From Euprymna scolopes (Eukaryota), in assembly GCA_053919585.1 (NCBI GenBank), contig CM132791.1: a DNA stretch of 64,000 nucleotides. The stretch is one strand, 5' to 3'. Both the position numbers and the translations under genes were made by a program. The notes under the pieces were generated by a model. It worked only from the letters and a program-made list of their open reading frames with translations, had not been told where the DNA came from and did no database searches. How positions within the stretch are numbered: position 1 is the first letter of the stretch; each line of letters starts with the position of its first letter. Shown piece after piece: positions 36,061-48,706 of this stretch.

Positions 36061-37804
36061 TTTTTAATAAGTAGTGAGTCCTTTGTAAGAAAGTATATTG
36101 TAAAGCTTAAAAACGTTTTAATATGAGTATTTCAGATGGAATAAACGTGTTGGACAAAAACGACATTATTTTCTCACCAATCTGATATAGGTGTGCTCGA
36201 CATTGACCGCGCAAAAAATAGGGAACCTAAGTAATATAGGCAGAAGTGTGTAAATCGTTCACCTACACCCAACTGTAAAACACTGAACCAATTATGATCT
36301 AGATACAACTAGTGCTTACAGAAAATCTAAATATCCCATGTAATTATAGGGTACGTTGCACCGGTCTGAATTAATCGGTTCAATTGGTTCACATATTCAC
36401 AGTATTTTTTTAAATACACGCCACGTCAAATACAACATTAAACTCATATAAATAGCACCGCGTAAAACTTTACCTCGATTACATTTTATTTTCAGTGAAT
36501 CGAAAAATATGTAGGGTATATTCCAACTGTCACCAGAGGTTCATAATTCCGTTTGTATTGATTAGGATACTGGTATTTTCCCATCAGAAAGTGTGCGAAC
36601 AATGTCACAATTATGAGAATTGATAACTCAGTACAAAGTTGTATTCGTGCTTATATAAGAATGTACAACCAGAAACAGGTTTTGGAATTTAATACTCATC
36701 GTAAAAAAAAAACATCTTCTGATCTAATTTTTTGACAGATTTGATAACTTCTGAAATAAATAATTACTAAGTCTGAGATATTCAGTCAAACTAAATTACG
36801 TTTAATTATTGTGTATTACCAATGCAGCCTACTGATATTTTTGCTTCCAATTGATCTAAAGGTAGTAATATTGGTAGCATGTATATAAGTATTATTATAC
36901 TTTTCCCTGTACTTATTTTACATATGTTCGAAGAGAATAGCATGAATTTCGACATCGTCACATCTTGAAACACCCCTCTATAAACTCTCAACTAATAAAA
37001 TTCAATAGCGAGATTTTAAGTAATTTAGCTGAAATACCTACATCATTCCTCCCAGCTCAGCTCAAATCAAAAGGGGTTTCAATAGTCAAATTACAAGTCC
37101 TTTATGTGCAAGTACATCTTATAAGTATGCCCCGAGCATCAGTATCTGTCGACAAGAATAATGTAACTTGAGAGACTTTGCCTAAAGGGCAATTCACTAC
37201 TAAACATCTTTAAGAAAAGTATCTGAAATGTATTCTCTGCACAATTGTTATTTCGATCTTTCGTCCATCGCTGAAATCGTCACAGAATGACTCTCTTCTA
37301 TTTATCTGTGTGTATGAGATCGTTCTTTATTGATTCCGAAATGGTTGTACTGATTGTTATAAAATTTCGCACAACTGTACTTTATGCATCTGTTATTCTC
37401 CTAGATAGATTTTATATCAAAATGTCTTCAATAAGTAACGATAATCGATAATAGAAAATCCAGTAAACGAAGAAACAGGCGATTTTGACCTAATTTAAAG
37501 CCTAAAATATAGCCTCAAATCACAAGTTCATTTGAAAAGATTTATTACCACACGTGGAGAAAGGACCGGCATATAAAGTCAACAGTGGCTACTTTGATAT
37601 CAGAGGGCCGCGATCAAAATACTTTATACTGAAACACATTTAAACTATGATAATTGACGTTTGTATTTAAATTAAATTAAAACCAATATCCTCGCACAAG
37701 TAGAAAAATCAACCATATAAAATCAACGGCAAGTTCTTTGATTTGAGAGTGGCGCGTTCAAAACATTTTTTGTTTTAAGTACAATGGAATCATGATACAT
37801 TTTA

Positions 37805-38092
37805 AACTCGAATTCAAACCATTATATATAAAAACGATTTAATAAAATCAACAAGTAAGTTCTCTACAGTGGAATGTATACTGCAACGTATTTTGGACTA
37901 AGTCCCTGAGATAAGACATGTAAAGCATTTATTCAGTGGACCGCAATGTGTCTCAAGCTAGAGCAACTAATCTGCTGAGTTGCTTGAAAAATAGTCGATT
38001 TCATCATTTTCGATGATAATAAAAAGAAGGAAGTGTGAAAGGTCCGTTTTGTCATCATTCTATCTCGGGCAACGTCGGGTCTTCATTTAAGT
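37805..38092 (+). mobile_element. Dispersed repeat ending in a Helitron-like 3' hairpin
   Basis: AATTCAAACCATTATATA..AAAATCAACA (37810-37855) also occurs at ~57203-57242. End CTCGGGCAACGTCGGGtcttcatttAAGT at ~38064-38092. Confidence 0.45.
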
Positions 38093-40092
38093 CCAATATA
38101 AACGAAGGAAATTAGTTTTTTTTTATCGCGCTTCTCTGATTTCTTTCATTTTATGTTTAACGGGAGTACTTGATGTGAGTATATCTAATAACTTTTAAAT
38201 CTATCGTAATGTGAGTACAGGCTAATCAGTATAACTCCCTAGAATTATATAGCCCGAACGTGGTTTTTCTATTTAAGGTTAACAGCTACATTGACAATTA
38301 AAGGATCTTATTTATTCTTAACTTGATTCCTCTTGATACTTGATATATACAACTCTTCGCAAATGACTTAAATTACCTGTCATGTTTTAGATGCAATATT
38401 TGATAATGCGTAATTGATAAATCAAAATTACATTAAGATTAGCTGAACATTGGCTTCTTGTACGTCAGATTCGAACTTAATCGTTTTGTTCCACATAATT
38501 TACTAAGGCATCTTGGTCAGGTTACTTGTCTGTATAAGATAGGTAATGTGCATGCACTCCACGATATTTAGATTGCTTTAAACATATGAATATACGAATC
38601 CCGTAGGAACAATAAGGCAATCACAAATAAGGATTTATCCAGAAAAAAATATTAATTGGTTGTTTATTTTAATGATTGTCCCCAGGACACTTTTCTGCGT
38701 TTTTCGCATCAGAATGAGATGGGTGTTTCTATTGTGAGGTCATATGCCAATTTAGCGTTCATGTTCAATCCGCGATTACATTTATTCTCCCGAGGAATGA
38801 TCAGATTCGAAGCTTCGAATTAAAAGTAAACCCGTGTAATCTGCCGTCTCAATTTTATGAATGCTCTTTTCAACTAGATTGTTTATCTACTTTTATATGT
38901 AGCATTTCCTCTATTAAATACTCTGTTTCCTTTCAAATGATATCTAGCTTAATCAGATGTTATTATTTCCCACTAGATGAAAATCACGTTCACGTCTAGC
39001 TTTTCATACAACCACGCTCGCTTCCAAATTGAGCTTGGTTATGATTACTTTTGCATTCGGCATGAATTTGTAGAATGGATTACATTTGAAACGAACATCA
39101 TAGGAACTGATTTTAATAAAATCTGGCTTATACGTTTGTGCTGGCCGAAATACTTTGTCCGTAGGTTTTCCCGCGACTGGCGTAATATAGATTCGTGCCC
39201 TTGAAGTGAGATATACTGTAATGCATGAAGTCCTAGTAAGCAACATCTGTCGAGCATACATACGGTGTATTATAAATGATTTTTAGAATTTCTTTTTAAA
39301 ACGTTTAGCTACTACGAATATGCTTGCAATAATGACCATCTTCTTTTGTTAAGTAAAACCGATATTTTCTCGAATTTTAAAATTATTTTTATAATAAAAT
39401 TAAAACATCTATCCCTATTTCTGAAAACCATGGCTTTTATATTCGGACCGACTACTAAAACATGTTTAATGGTTTTACTAATAAAACGGATATTAATTTT
39501 TACACATAATATTATTTTCCTTTTATGAAAAAAACAGGAATCTTCTGCAAAGTTATAAGTATGTGAGTGTATATATGAAATAATGTCAAAATACATACGT
39601 ATAGCATGTGAGCAATGCCAACGTGTGTTTCTTGCTACTGCAAAAAAGTCGCAAAGGTAACTCTTAGACTGACGAATTTAATTGATGAAATGAAACACTT
39701 CCAATTAGTGTACATTATATATCACTGCAAAGTCGTACGTAATTGACCATTGTTTCAAAATGTTTTATTCACTAAAACGATGTATTTAAAAGAAATAATA
39801 CTGCTTCTGCAGAAAAAAACACCGTGTTTTTTTTTCAAATATTATTTTTATGTTTAATTCAAGGTGACGGCATTTTTCATTTATTAAGTTATGAGTTAAA
39901 AGTATAAAATATTCACAAAATACTCTGTTTGTTGATAATGCGTTTCTTAATAATGAGATAATAATGTCAGCCCGGTACTATATCTGCATAAGTACCGAAA
40001 TAATAAAAACAAGTCCTTAATAAGTTGCATCGTACGTGTGATACGATGAAATAAAAACTGTTGGAAAAAACAGTGGCAGTCCTTATAACTCG

Positions 40093-40447
40093 GGCCCTGT
40101 CGGTGGGGTATTAGAATACACCGACTACTCCCCTGCAGAGGGTAAAAGTCCCTCAATGGGGGTCCTGGATATGACCTTAAACTATATCCAGTGGTGAGCG
40201 CACAGCTTTCGGGCTTTGGGGAGGGTAGAGCGACCCTTTAATTACATTGCTCCCAGGTCCACTCTGACCCGGAGTAGTAGTACCTGTTAGGGTTCCAACT
40301 ATGAGTCAAATAGAAACCGACTTGAAAACAGCAGATATATTATTAAAAAATATATACTATTAAAAATGTTTTCTTCAAAATCTTTGGATTCGGCATTAAA
40401 TAACCCGAAAAGGTTTGATTTGCCGTAAAACAAAAACAACCAACCAA
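40093..40447 (+). mobile_element. Apparently full-length SINE-like retroposon with (AACC)n tail and 12-bp TSD
   Basis: TSD CCTTATAACTCG (40081-40092) and CCTTATAACTTG (40448-40459). Body shared with 22936-23208, including GCTCCCAGGTCCACTCTGACCCGGAGT. Confidence 0.9.
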
Positions 40448-42039
40448 CCTTATAACTTGAGCTAAAACTATTTTTGTAGCTAGCACCTACATGCCTATTA
40501 AGACAGCTATTTTATTCTTTTCAGCGTATTTCATTAACACATACTTTTTTCCGTGTACGTCTGCGAGATTATTTGGGGGTTATTTTTTTACTGAAATATA
40601 GTTAAAAGAAAAAAAATCATACTGAAGTATTTAACATGGTTTAAATACTCATTCATGATAATGAAAGAACTTATATAGTTTATATAGAGGACATGTTATT
40701 TTTTACAAAAATGTATTATAAAAAACATTCCAACTGTTCTTGGATACACCAGAGAGACGGGAGACAACTTTTTTTTGTTTTAAAAATAAACTTTGAAAAG
40801 TTTGTTTACATCAAAGCAGATATATTGCCCTGAAGCATTAAAATTAAAATAGATGAAAGTGAAAAATATATTACCATAATAATAATAATAAAAACAATTT
40901 AATATATTTAAAGAAAAATATTAATTTATCTACAAAGATAAATAAATATTGAAAAAACAAAAACAAAGCAAAAACACATATTATTTTACCTGTCTTAAAT
41001 GTATTAATTAATTAACAAATTATAAATACAAGATATACCTGAAATTACCCCGACAGAATATATCCTCTTTTAATTGCACATGTCGACACAGAAAATAATT
41101 TTCTTTTTCTTTACGGAAAATACAGCAACATTTAGACGCTTTCCATAATAACTCTCTGTAATTCGATGCATTGAAATGATTTCTGGTTGTACCTTAATAT
41201 TTTATTCTGTGACTTTAGGGCCATATATAACTTTGGTCATGGTATTACCTGCTAATACTATCAAATAACGATTCTGAATTTATTCTTACCTATATGAATA
41301 TCAATGATATAAATCGTAAAATAGAGGAATGCACATTTGAGAATACAAATTAAAATATATCTCAATTTTGGCGAAATTTATTAAGTTATGTTGTGATATG
41401 TCACAGAAATCTAATATTTTCCTGATAGTGAAGATATGGTGTATTATTCATACTTAATAATCTTACATTTATTTGGGGATAATAACTCTACACTTAAATC
41501 ATATTATACCCCACTAGACCCAATGACATATCCGTGTATTTTCGCTACTTTTAACTTTGAGATTTTATCCAAGATATTAAAGGTAAGTATAATATATTAA
41601 CTATTATAACAGTCCAAAGTAAGTCTTATCTCACAATATGTATTTTAATAGGATAAAAAGATGCGAGAATGTGTAAAAACCTTTCATAAGCAGGTCAGTA
41701 TAAATTCCTACAAAAAGAATATTCGAATATGCTTTAAATTAATTAACAAAATTTACTTTTACTGTCCCAGTATATTAATCCCACTCATGTTTATGTCTCC
41801 TAATTCTATATTTCTGCAGCTATTCACAAAATATTGATTCAATTACCATATCTTACATATCTAAGGACCTACTGTTGTAATGTATAACTGGGCGATAAAT
41901 GTCAACATTAAAATTATCTATCATAATATGAGTACCGAATTTCTGTTCGTGACATATGAACCTGTTTTTTCATTTAATCTATTTTTGTAAAACCGTCAAC
42001 GTTAATGTGTACATCTTTACAAAATTCGTGTCTATAGAG

Positions 42040-43495
42040 GATATATAATGGGCATCCAATTTGCCATACTTAGATTGCTTTTGGCATATGGAATTACCAA
42101 TCGGGTTGCAACCATTAAGCACGAATAGGAACTTATCAGGAAAATATATAATTACCCGTTATTTTATGCATTGTCTTCAGGGCAGGTTTCTATGCTCTGC
42201 GAATCAAAGAGAGGTTAAAGTTTCTAGTGTGAGTTCAAATTCCAATAAAGTTTCATGGTCAATATACTCTATTATTTACTCTTTACTTGAATAGTCACGT
42301 TCCTTGCTCTTAAGAGTATGCCATCACTGAAATGCTACGTCTCGAGTTCATAGATTTTCTTTTCCATCTGGTGAATTTTCCTAGAGGACGTAAACAACAA
42401 TCTATTATTAAACAGCAGATAAAAAGCATTCATGATAAGATGACATTTAAAAAAATATCTTTTCTGGGGAGATAATAAATCAAATTATTAATTCATACAA
42501 AAAAATACGACAGCCCCACTTGTATATTAGTCATTTTCTATATGCTTAATCATCTCACGTATATTTACAGATACGTTATATGTATTTTAAACACGTTAAT
42601 ATTGTTTACCGACACCAATAACGTATTGCTTTCTTAACATGTGATCAAAATATAACAATTCGAAATCGAGATAATGCAGATATTCCTACTTCTATGTACA
42701 TGAGTATCTGTCAATACAAATTTAAATGAAACTCCTGCATAATGCGCAATGTAATTTTGTTACACGAACATCCATTTTTGTCCCTTCATATACTTCTTTT
42801 CTTTATCAGGAGTCTCTATGCGTTTCCCATTTCGCAAAATGATATCTTTCATGGCTGCTCTTTTTCCCCGTTTAAGAGGAAGTACTGCACACTTGGAAAT
42901 TCTAAATTCCTTATTTATGTCTTCACTCTACTACTCTGCAGTTTTAACAGAGTCAATTTTCTTTTCTGTTTAGCCAGACAATTTTAGATAACCCATACAT
43001 GTGGCTGATATTCGGTTAACTCTTCTCCAGTTGGTAATCAATATTTGTCTCTCTTAATACAAGTGGCAATGGTATGAGTATATAAAGGTGAATAAAAACA
43101 GCGAAAACGAATTTCCTTGAAAGATAACATGTTTGATATTGACAGTCCCAAATTGTTTTCCACCTGAAAAAAAATGCTGGCTTTCCAATTGCTCACACTT
43201 TTCCCCGTGAACTCAATTTTAGCCACCCCTACGAGTTTCAAGGTGTTGAGTACCAACAAATGCGGCACCACACCATAACTTTTTTAATAATCTATCCAAG
43301 CTACATTCAAGTTATTTTATCTACTGTTGAAGTTCTTTGAAATACATTTATCAATCCATAGTATGTCTTTTGTACCTAAAAACATTTTCTTCCCGTCTTT
43401 TTGCTCAACTGATAATGAATCATTTACTTAAAGCTGCCCATAACATTTTGTACCGTATATCTCTGTTAATATCTTCCAAACTAAGTTTAATCAAT
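42040..43495 (-). mobile_element. Degenerate R4/Dong-like non-LTR retrotransposon (RT and restriction-like endonuclease remnants)
   Basis: Minus strand: WKILT, EQK..K...GTKDILWIDK, AWIDY*KSYGVVPH, IFQGNSFS, IPL, ISH..MGYLKL, DINKEFRISKCAVLPLKRGK, and later LLEFEL and PIVL-like segments. An unrelated stretch probably interrupts 42400-42750. Confidence 0.8.
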
Positions 43496-44267
43496 CATAA
43501 TAATAATAAGAAGAAGAAGAGAAGATGAAAAGGAAAAAGAAGAATAATGATACATTTTTAATGAAAATCTTTCAAGACAATGACATTACTGTCAGATGCA
43601 AATTATCACTACTATCAAGGTCACAAAGAAGCCAAAACTTAAGTATTTGATGGGTATATTTCGAGCTCAAACCAGCAGTTATTATGTTTTATTTTAAAGC
43701 AATCGCCCATGGAATATAACGTTTAAATAACAACATAAGGAAAACGATATTTACAAGTCCGCTGAAAGTAACCCCAGTTCCCACATTCTACTCAAATAAT
43801 TTAATATTCGTACTTATATTATAAACTATTTATTTTCATAAAAAGTATATGATCGTATGATCCGTAAAGAGGGTGATAGATAATTTATCTGACGAGGCTT
43901 CGGTAAATGAATTTTCTTTTTATTTATTTTGTAATTAATTCTTTTAACACAAACTATTTTCGAAATTAATATTCGTTATGTTGGTTTGAGAATCGTTAAC
44001 GTGACAGTTATTAATACGTTTAGAAGATGGATAATATTTATTATAAAAACTAATTGCTCCAAATAAATAATGTAGGCACCTATTTGTTTTACTGTTTAAG
44101 CAACATATTCTGCTAGCAATTTAAATGATTTTATATAAGAAAGAGTAATCGTAGTTAATAGTATTTACTTTATAATACTCATATTTATTATTTACAAAAT
44201 AAATATTATTATAAACAGTAAAATAATTATTTGGAAAACACTATAGACTATCTCAAATATCACATTA

Positions 44268-44332
<65 letters not shown>
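44268..44332. repeat. (TAT)n microsatellite
   Basis: Direct run. Confidence 0.97.
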
Positions 44333-44334
<2 letters not shown>

Positions 44335-45312
44335 GCACATGCATACATATTACATACATACATACTCATCTTGCAAAACTTCCGAAGATAATGAAAATAC
44401 TTTACAAGGTCAATTTTTTTTTCCTTTAAACATATTAAATCTGCTGTCACGCAATCTCCTCACTAACAAATAATACAAATTGGCTATTCGAGTTATATAG
44501 AAAACTGAATTAAGACTAATTTTAATCGCCACATCATTGCAGGTTGTATGTTGCAGTTCGTGACCTTTTCGTCATCTGATAGAACTTTTCAGTAACTTCA
44601 GTTTCAAGGTCTATCCTTTTTATTCTAACATTTTTAAACCAGGATTACTTTCTTGACAATCAGTTTGATTGGCCATCTTTTAAAATCAGGTTTAGTTCTG
44701 TTTGGAATTTTTCGGCGTTTCACATCCTTGCTGATTCATTTGAGTAATTATCTTTTCGTACTATTCGTGGAGTATTTATACGCATTCAGTCGTATTACTT
44801 TTGATACTTGTCCATATTTCAAATAATCTCAGCGTAATCTATGAGTGCGCTTTATTTCTATACCTGTCTGCCTAAAGCCGATAACCACCTCTACTTCTAT
44901 TACTAATCCTTCTTTTCTAAAGTTAATGGAGATGTTCAAGCTACTTCCTAATACAATTTTGTTAACTACTATTTTATGTCTATCTGAAGCCATAATAATA
45001 ATGCTACTCATATATTTTCAGCAGAAATTTACTGTTACAATATTTTAATGTATTGTACTGGTTAGTGTAGGATATATTCCGTCTCTTGATATTAAGCACA
45101 TTATCTCTTGCTTTCTAGTGAATAGAGTGCTATCGGTTCTATTGTGATTATATTCACATCCAAAATGTTATCTTTTAATTTAGGGATAATATAATCTTAT
45201 CTCTATTTTCATAACACTATCTTTCTAGGCGTTGCGTTTTCAATGAAATGGCGCCGTACAGTTATATTATTTACTTATTTGAACTGCCCTTTACTATCTT
45301 GAGTGTTGGCCC

Positions 45313-45355
45313 CACAAAGTTTCGATCAATGTAACCTTGACCCTCTCGTCAGGTG
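45313..45355 (-). ncRNA. Degenerate minimal hammerhead motif (family copy 1)
   Basis: Minus strand CAC-CTGACGA-GAG-GGTCAA-ggttaca-TTGATC-GAAAC-TTT-GTG, followed by the family tail AACACTCAAGAT. Confidence 0.6.
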
Positions 45356-46797
45356 TGTCTTATCGATCTTGCGAATCCTTCTGTAAAATTCATAAATCGG
45401 TATGGGATTTTGATAGAAATGTTTTATTAATCATGGAATACAACCCCCCCTTCTGTTAGCCATGTTTGAGGAATAATGTTTCGTAATTCGTAATTAGATT
45501 ATTAGAATCGCTTAAAATGTCCAATGCCACATAGAACTAAATATTACGTAGGAAATTTTCCGGAATTATTTTTTTCAAAACAATCATTGTAAAATACAAA
45601 TGTAAAACCCTTACCTACTGATGTTTGCATGCTTTTTTTTGACAATTTTCGTCCGCTAATTCCCATTTAGGTGATAAAAGTTTCTACTTCAAAGTAACGC
45701 GGAGTATCCGTATGCAAATGATTGTTGTATAATGACATTTCTTCGGTTCAAAGTTAATCTAAAATGCGTTGTAGTTTTTAATTGATCGTGTATAAACCAT
45801 ACGCGGACTTTAAATAGACTTCTACGTCAAAATGTAATATATTGCTTTCTATTTGTTTACTTCTATAAGCCTGCTATCTTCTATTGAAGTGGGACGTTGC
45901 ATAAGTAATTCCTCCTATTATTGGACGGACAAAAAAGATTGAAAATTACATTGTTATGATGGCTTAAGATATGCATTTATGGCCTGAATGTTTCATTTTT
46001 CTGTTATAACTATAGACAGTGTGAGATTATAAAAAACACTCCCTGTCATGGAGGTGTACGAAACAAAGATGAGTCATGATTACTCCATGCGGAAAGAAAC
46101 TGAACCGACCAACATTCACTTGCGCCTGTTACACGTTTACAGAGCCGATCCAGTTGATGTCAGGACAAGTGGAAGATTGGTTAATGCTTTCAGTTTGTCT
46201 ACAGAGACATGAAAGGCAATGCATGCTCGGGGCATTTATGACTGACGCATTAAAAGAAGCGGGCAAAAGTGCATTGATAATGATAGTGACTATGAAAAAA
46301 AATTGGAGCACAAAAGGTCGCTCGTTTTAATTCACTCACGTGTTTGTTGATCATCCGAATTTAAGATTTTAACTTAAAAATAGGGGCTTATTTATTTTCG
46401 TACGATTTTCATGCAAAATAAGTATGTCGGTGTTATATGGCACGGCAGAAACATTTCAGGGCCATCGTAATAGATGGCCTATCAGCTGAAAAATGACATA
46501 CTCGCCAAGGTCCTAGCCAGCAAGACATGTGGAACACTTAGAATGTCGATAATGAGTTGAACCTAATACAGAAAGCGTTATAAAACTTTCAAATTGAATT
46601 TAAAAAGGTAATAAAGGACACGATTATTTATAATAACACCCACCCAATATTGATAATAAAAAAGTATGGAAAGGAGGAACGTTGTTTCTGTGTTATAAGC
46701 GATTGACCACTCCGCTGTATTATGTTTTATAAAGATTAGAGTACGCTATTTAATTACTTATGGATTCCATTTAAAAGAAGAAACGGAAAAATATGAT

Positions 46798-46815
46798 GTA
46801 TATATATATATATAT

Positions 46816-46860
<45 letters not shown>

Positions 46861-46862
46861 TG
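46798..46862. repeat. Interrupted (TA)n microsatellite
   Basis: Direct run. Confidence 0.95.
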
Positions 46863-46959
46863 CATGGTAGATAACGTATGTTTAAAGCAGAAGAAAATCA
46901 AATGTTGCAAAACATGATTAAAGGCAATAAACAAATATTAAAAACTAAATTATATCTTT

Positions 46960-47080
46960 AAAAATCAAAACGAACAATAAATATTTTATAATCAAAGTGA
47001 ACAACAACATTTTTAGGTCAAAGCGAACAACAGTATTTATTAAATCAAAGTGACCAACGATATTTTAAAAAATCAAACCT
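46960..47080 (+). repeat. ~30-bp minisatellite, about 4 units
   Basis: Tandem units of approximately ATCAAAGTGAACAACAATATTTT. Confidence 0.7.
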
Positions 47081-47771
47081 AGAAAACGACCGATGAATTA
47101 CTTTAACAGAAAAATTAACGATACATTAGTTTAACTGAAAAGCGTACGCCAAGTTAACAAAATACAAATTAAATTCAAACAAATGTTAGTATAAACCAAA
47201 TTAAACAAAGTTACAAATGTAGAAATATTTCAAACATTAAATATTAAAATATTACAAACAATTGTTGTAGAATTAAATTAGAAGTTTGAATTTTTCTTTG
47301 AATGATAAAATGTGTTAATAATATTGTCATTCCCTTTGCAACAAAAATTGTTTATAAGGGAATTATATGAATTTTATATCAGATCTTTTTTTCATTTTGC
47401 TGGATAGTGTTACCCTCATAACAAGAATCAACATTAAATAAAAGATTTTGATTTGCCAAAAAAATAAAATTATATGCATGGATAATTTTTTCTTGTGAAT
47501 AGAAAAGAAAAAGAAATAGCATTTGGTAGGTTTGTTTATCACTATATAATTACATACCACAAAATTATTAGTTACATCATTTGGGTGTAACTGAGAACCT
47601 TTGAATTGAGATGGTGTGATTTTTTGTTTTATAGCAGTCATTCAAATTAAATTTAATTTCTTGTATTTTGGAAATAAAAAAAAACGGTAACTTCCGGTTC
47701 TTTTCGTAGTTGTATTTGCAATTTAGAATGATGCATCATGCGGATATGTTGCAAATTAAACCAAATACACA

Positions 47772-47916
47772 NNNNNNNNNNNNNNNNNNNNNNNNNNNNN
47801 NNNNNNNNNNNNNNNNNNNNNNNNNNNNNNNNNNNNNNNNNNNNNNNNNNNNNNNNNNNNNNNNNNNNNNNNNNNNNNNNNNNNNNNNNNNNNNNNNNNN
47901 NNNNNNNNNNNNNNNN
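47772..47916. other. Assembly gap
   Basis: Run of N. Confidence 1.
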
Positions 47917-48650
47917 TTTTGAAAATATAATAATTAAGGTTTATATTTAAGGGGTTATAAGCAAAAATGAATTGCAGAGAACCCTATTTAAGTCCTGTAT
48001 ATCAATTAGTAATCTTATTTCAGATATTTCAATAGGGATATTTTAGCTATTTATTCCGTTTAAGATATTTTTATGAAATTCAGATTTGAATTATATTCAG
48101 GCTTTGAGTCAAAATTATTTTGCTGCATTTTTTCCTAATTAAACAAAATACAACCCACGTATAGAAACTTACATTTTAGAATTCTGTAAAAAAATCCCCA
48201 CGATCAGTTAATTAATTTCGGAGTGACCAATGCCCATACAAATCTATCTACATATAAACATAGCTAACTTTATATAGACATCGCTTTCTATAAAACCATG
48301 TTAAATTTGCGTAGTAAATCTTGTAAATGGTAGGAAATATAGTTTTACTGATTAATAGAAGCTACAGGCTTTGCGAAAGAATACCTGCTGTTATACGTTA
48401 CAGAGTACCGACAGGCATCGTAAAATATGTAATTTTTAAACAATTTTTCTAAGTATTCATTTTTAGTATTTGCATGACATCACATCATAGAATTTACTTA
48501 TGCGGGTTATGAATGTGTTCACATATTAAGTATATGATTTTAATATTATTGAAATATACGCTCTAATTTTTCAATCCACAATGAATTTTACATGTGAACC
48601 AACCTGCTTGCATACGATATATAAAGAATGATTGGTCAGATAATTAATGG

Positions 48651-48653
<3 letters not shown>

Positions 48654-48704
<51 letters not shown>
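48654..48704. repeat. (TA)n microsatellite
   Basis: Direct run. Confidence 0.97.

Positions 48705-48706
<2 letters not shown>

Noticed and set aside
36800-37200. Possible further Helitron helicase remnant (NSEILSNL..FLPAQLKSKGVSIVKL)
   Set aside because: Similarity is too weak and the diagnostic downstream motifs are absent.
38977-39261. Overlapping ORFs, also 44829-45048, 47363-47641 and 60040-60318
   Set aside because: No recognisable domain or splice structure; lengths are compatible with chance or old TE decay.
43889-43915. Hammerhead-like CTGACGAGGCTTCGGTAAAT
   Set aside because: No GAAA box, no stem I and no NUH site.
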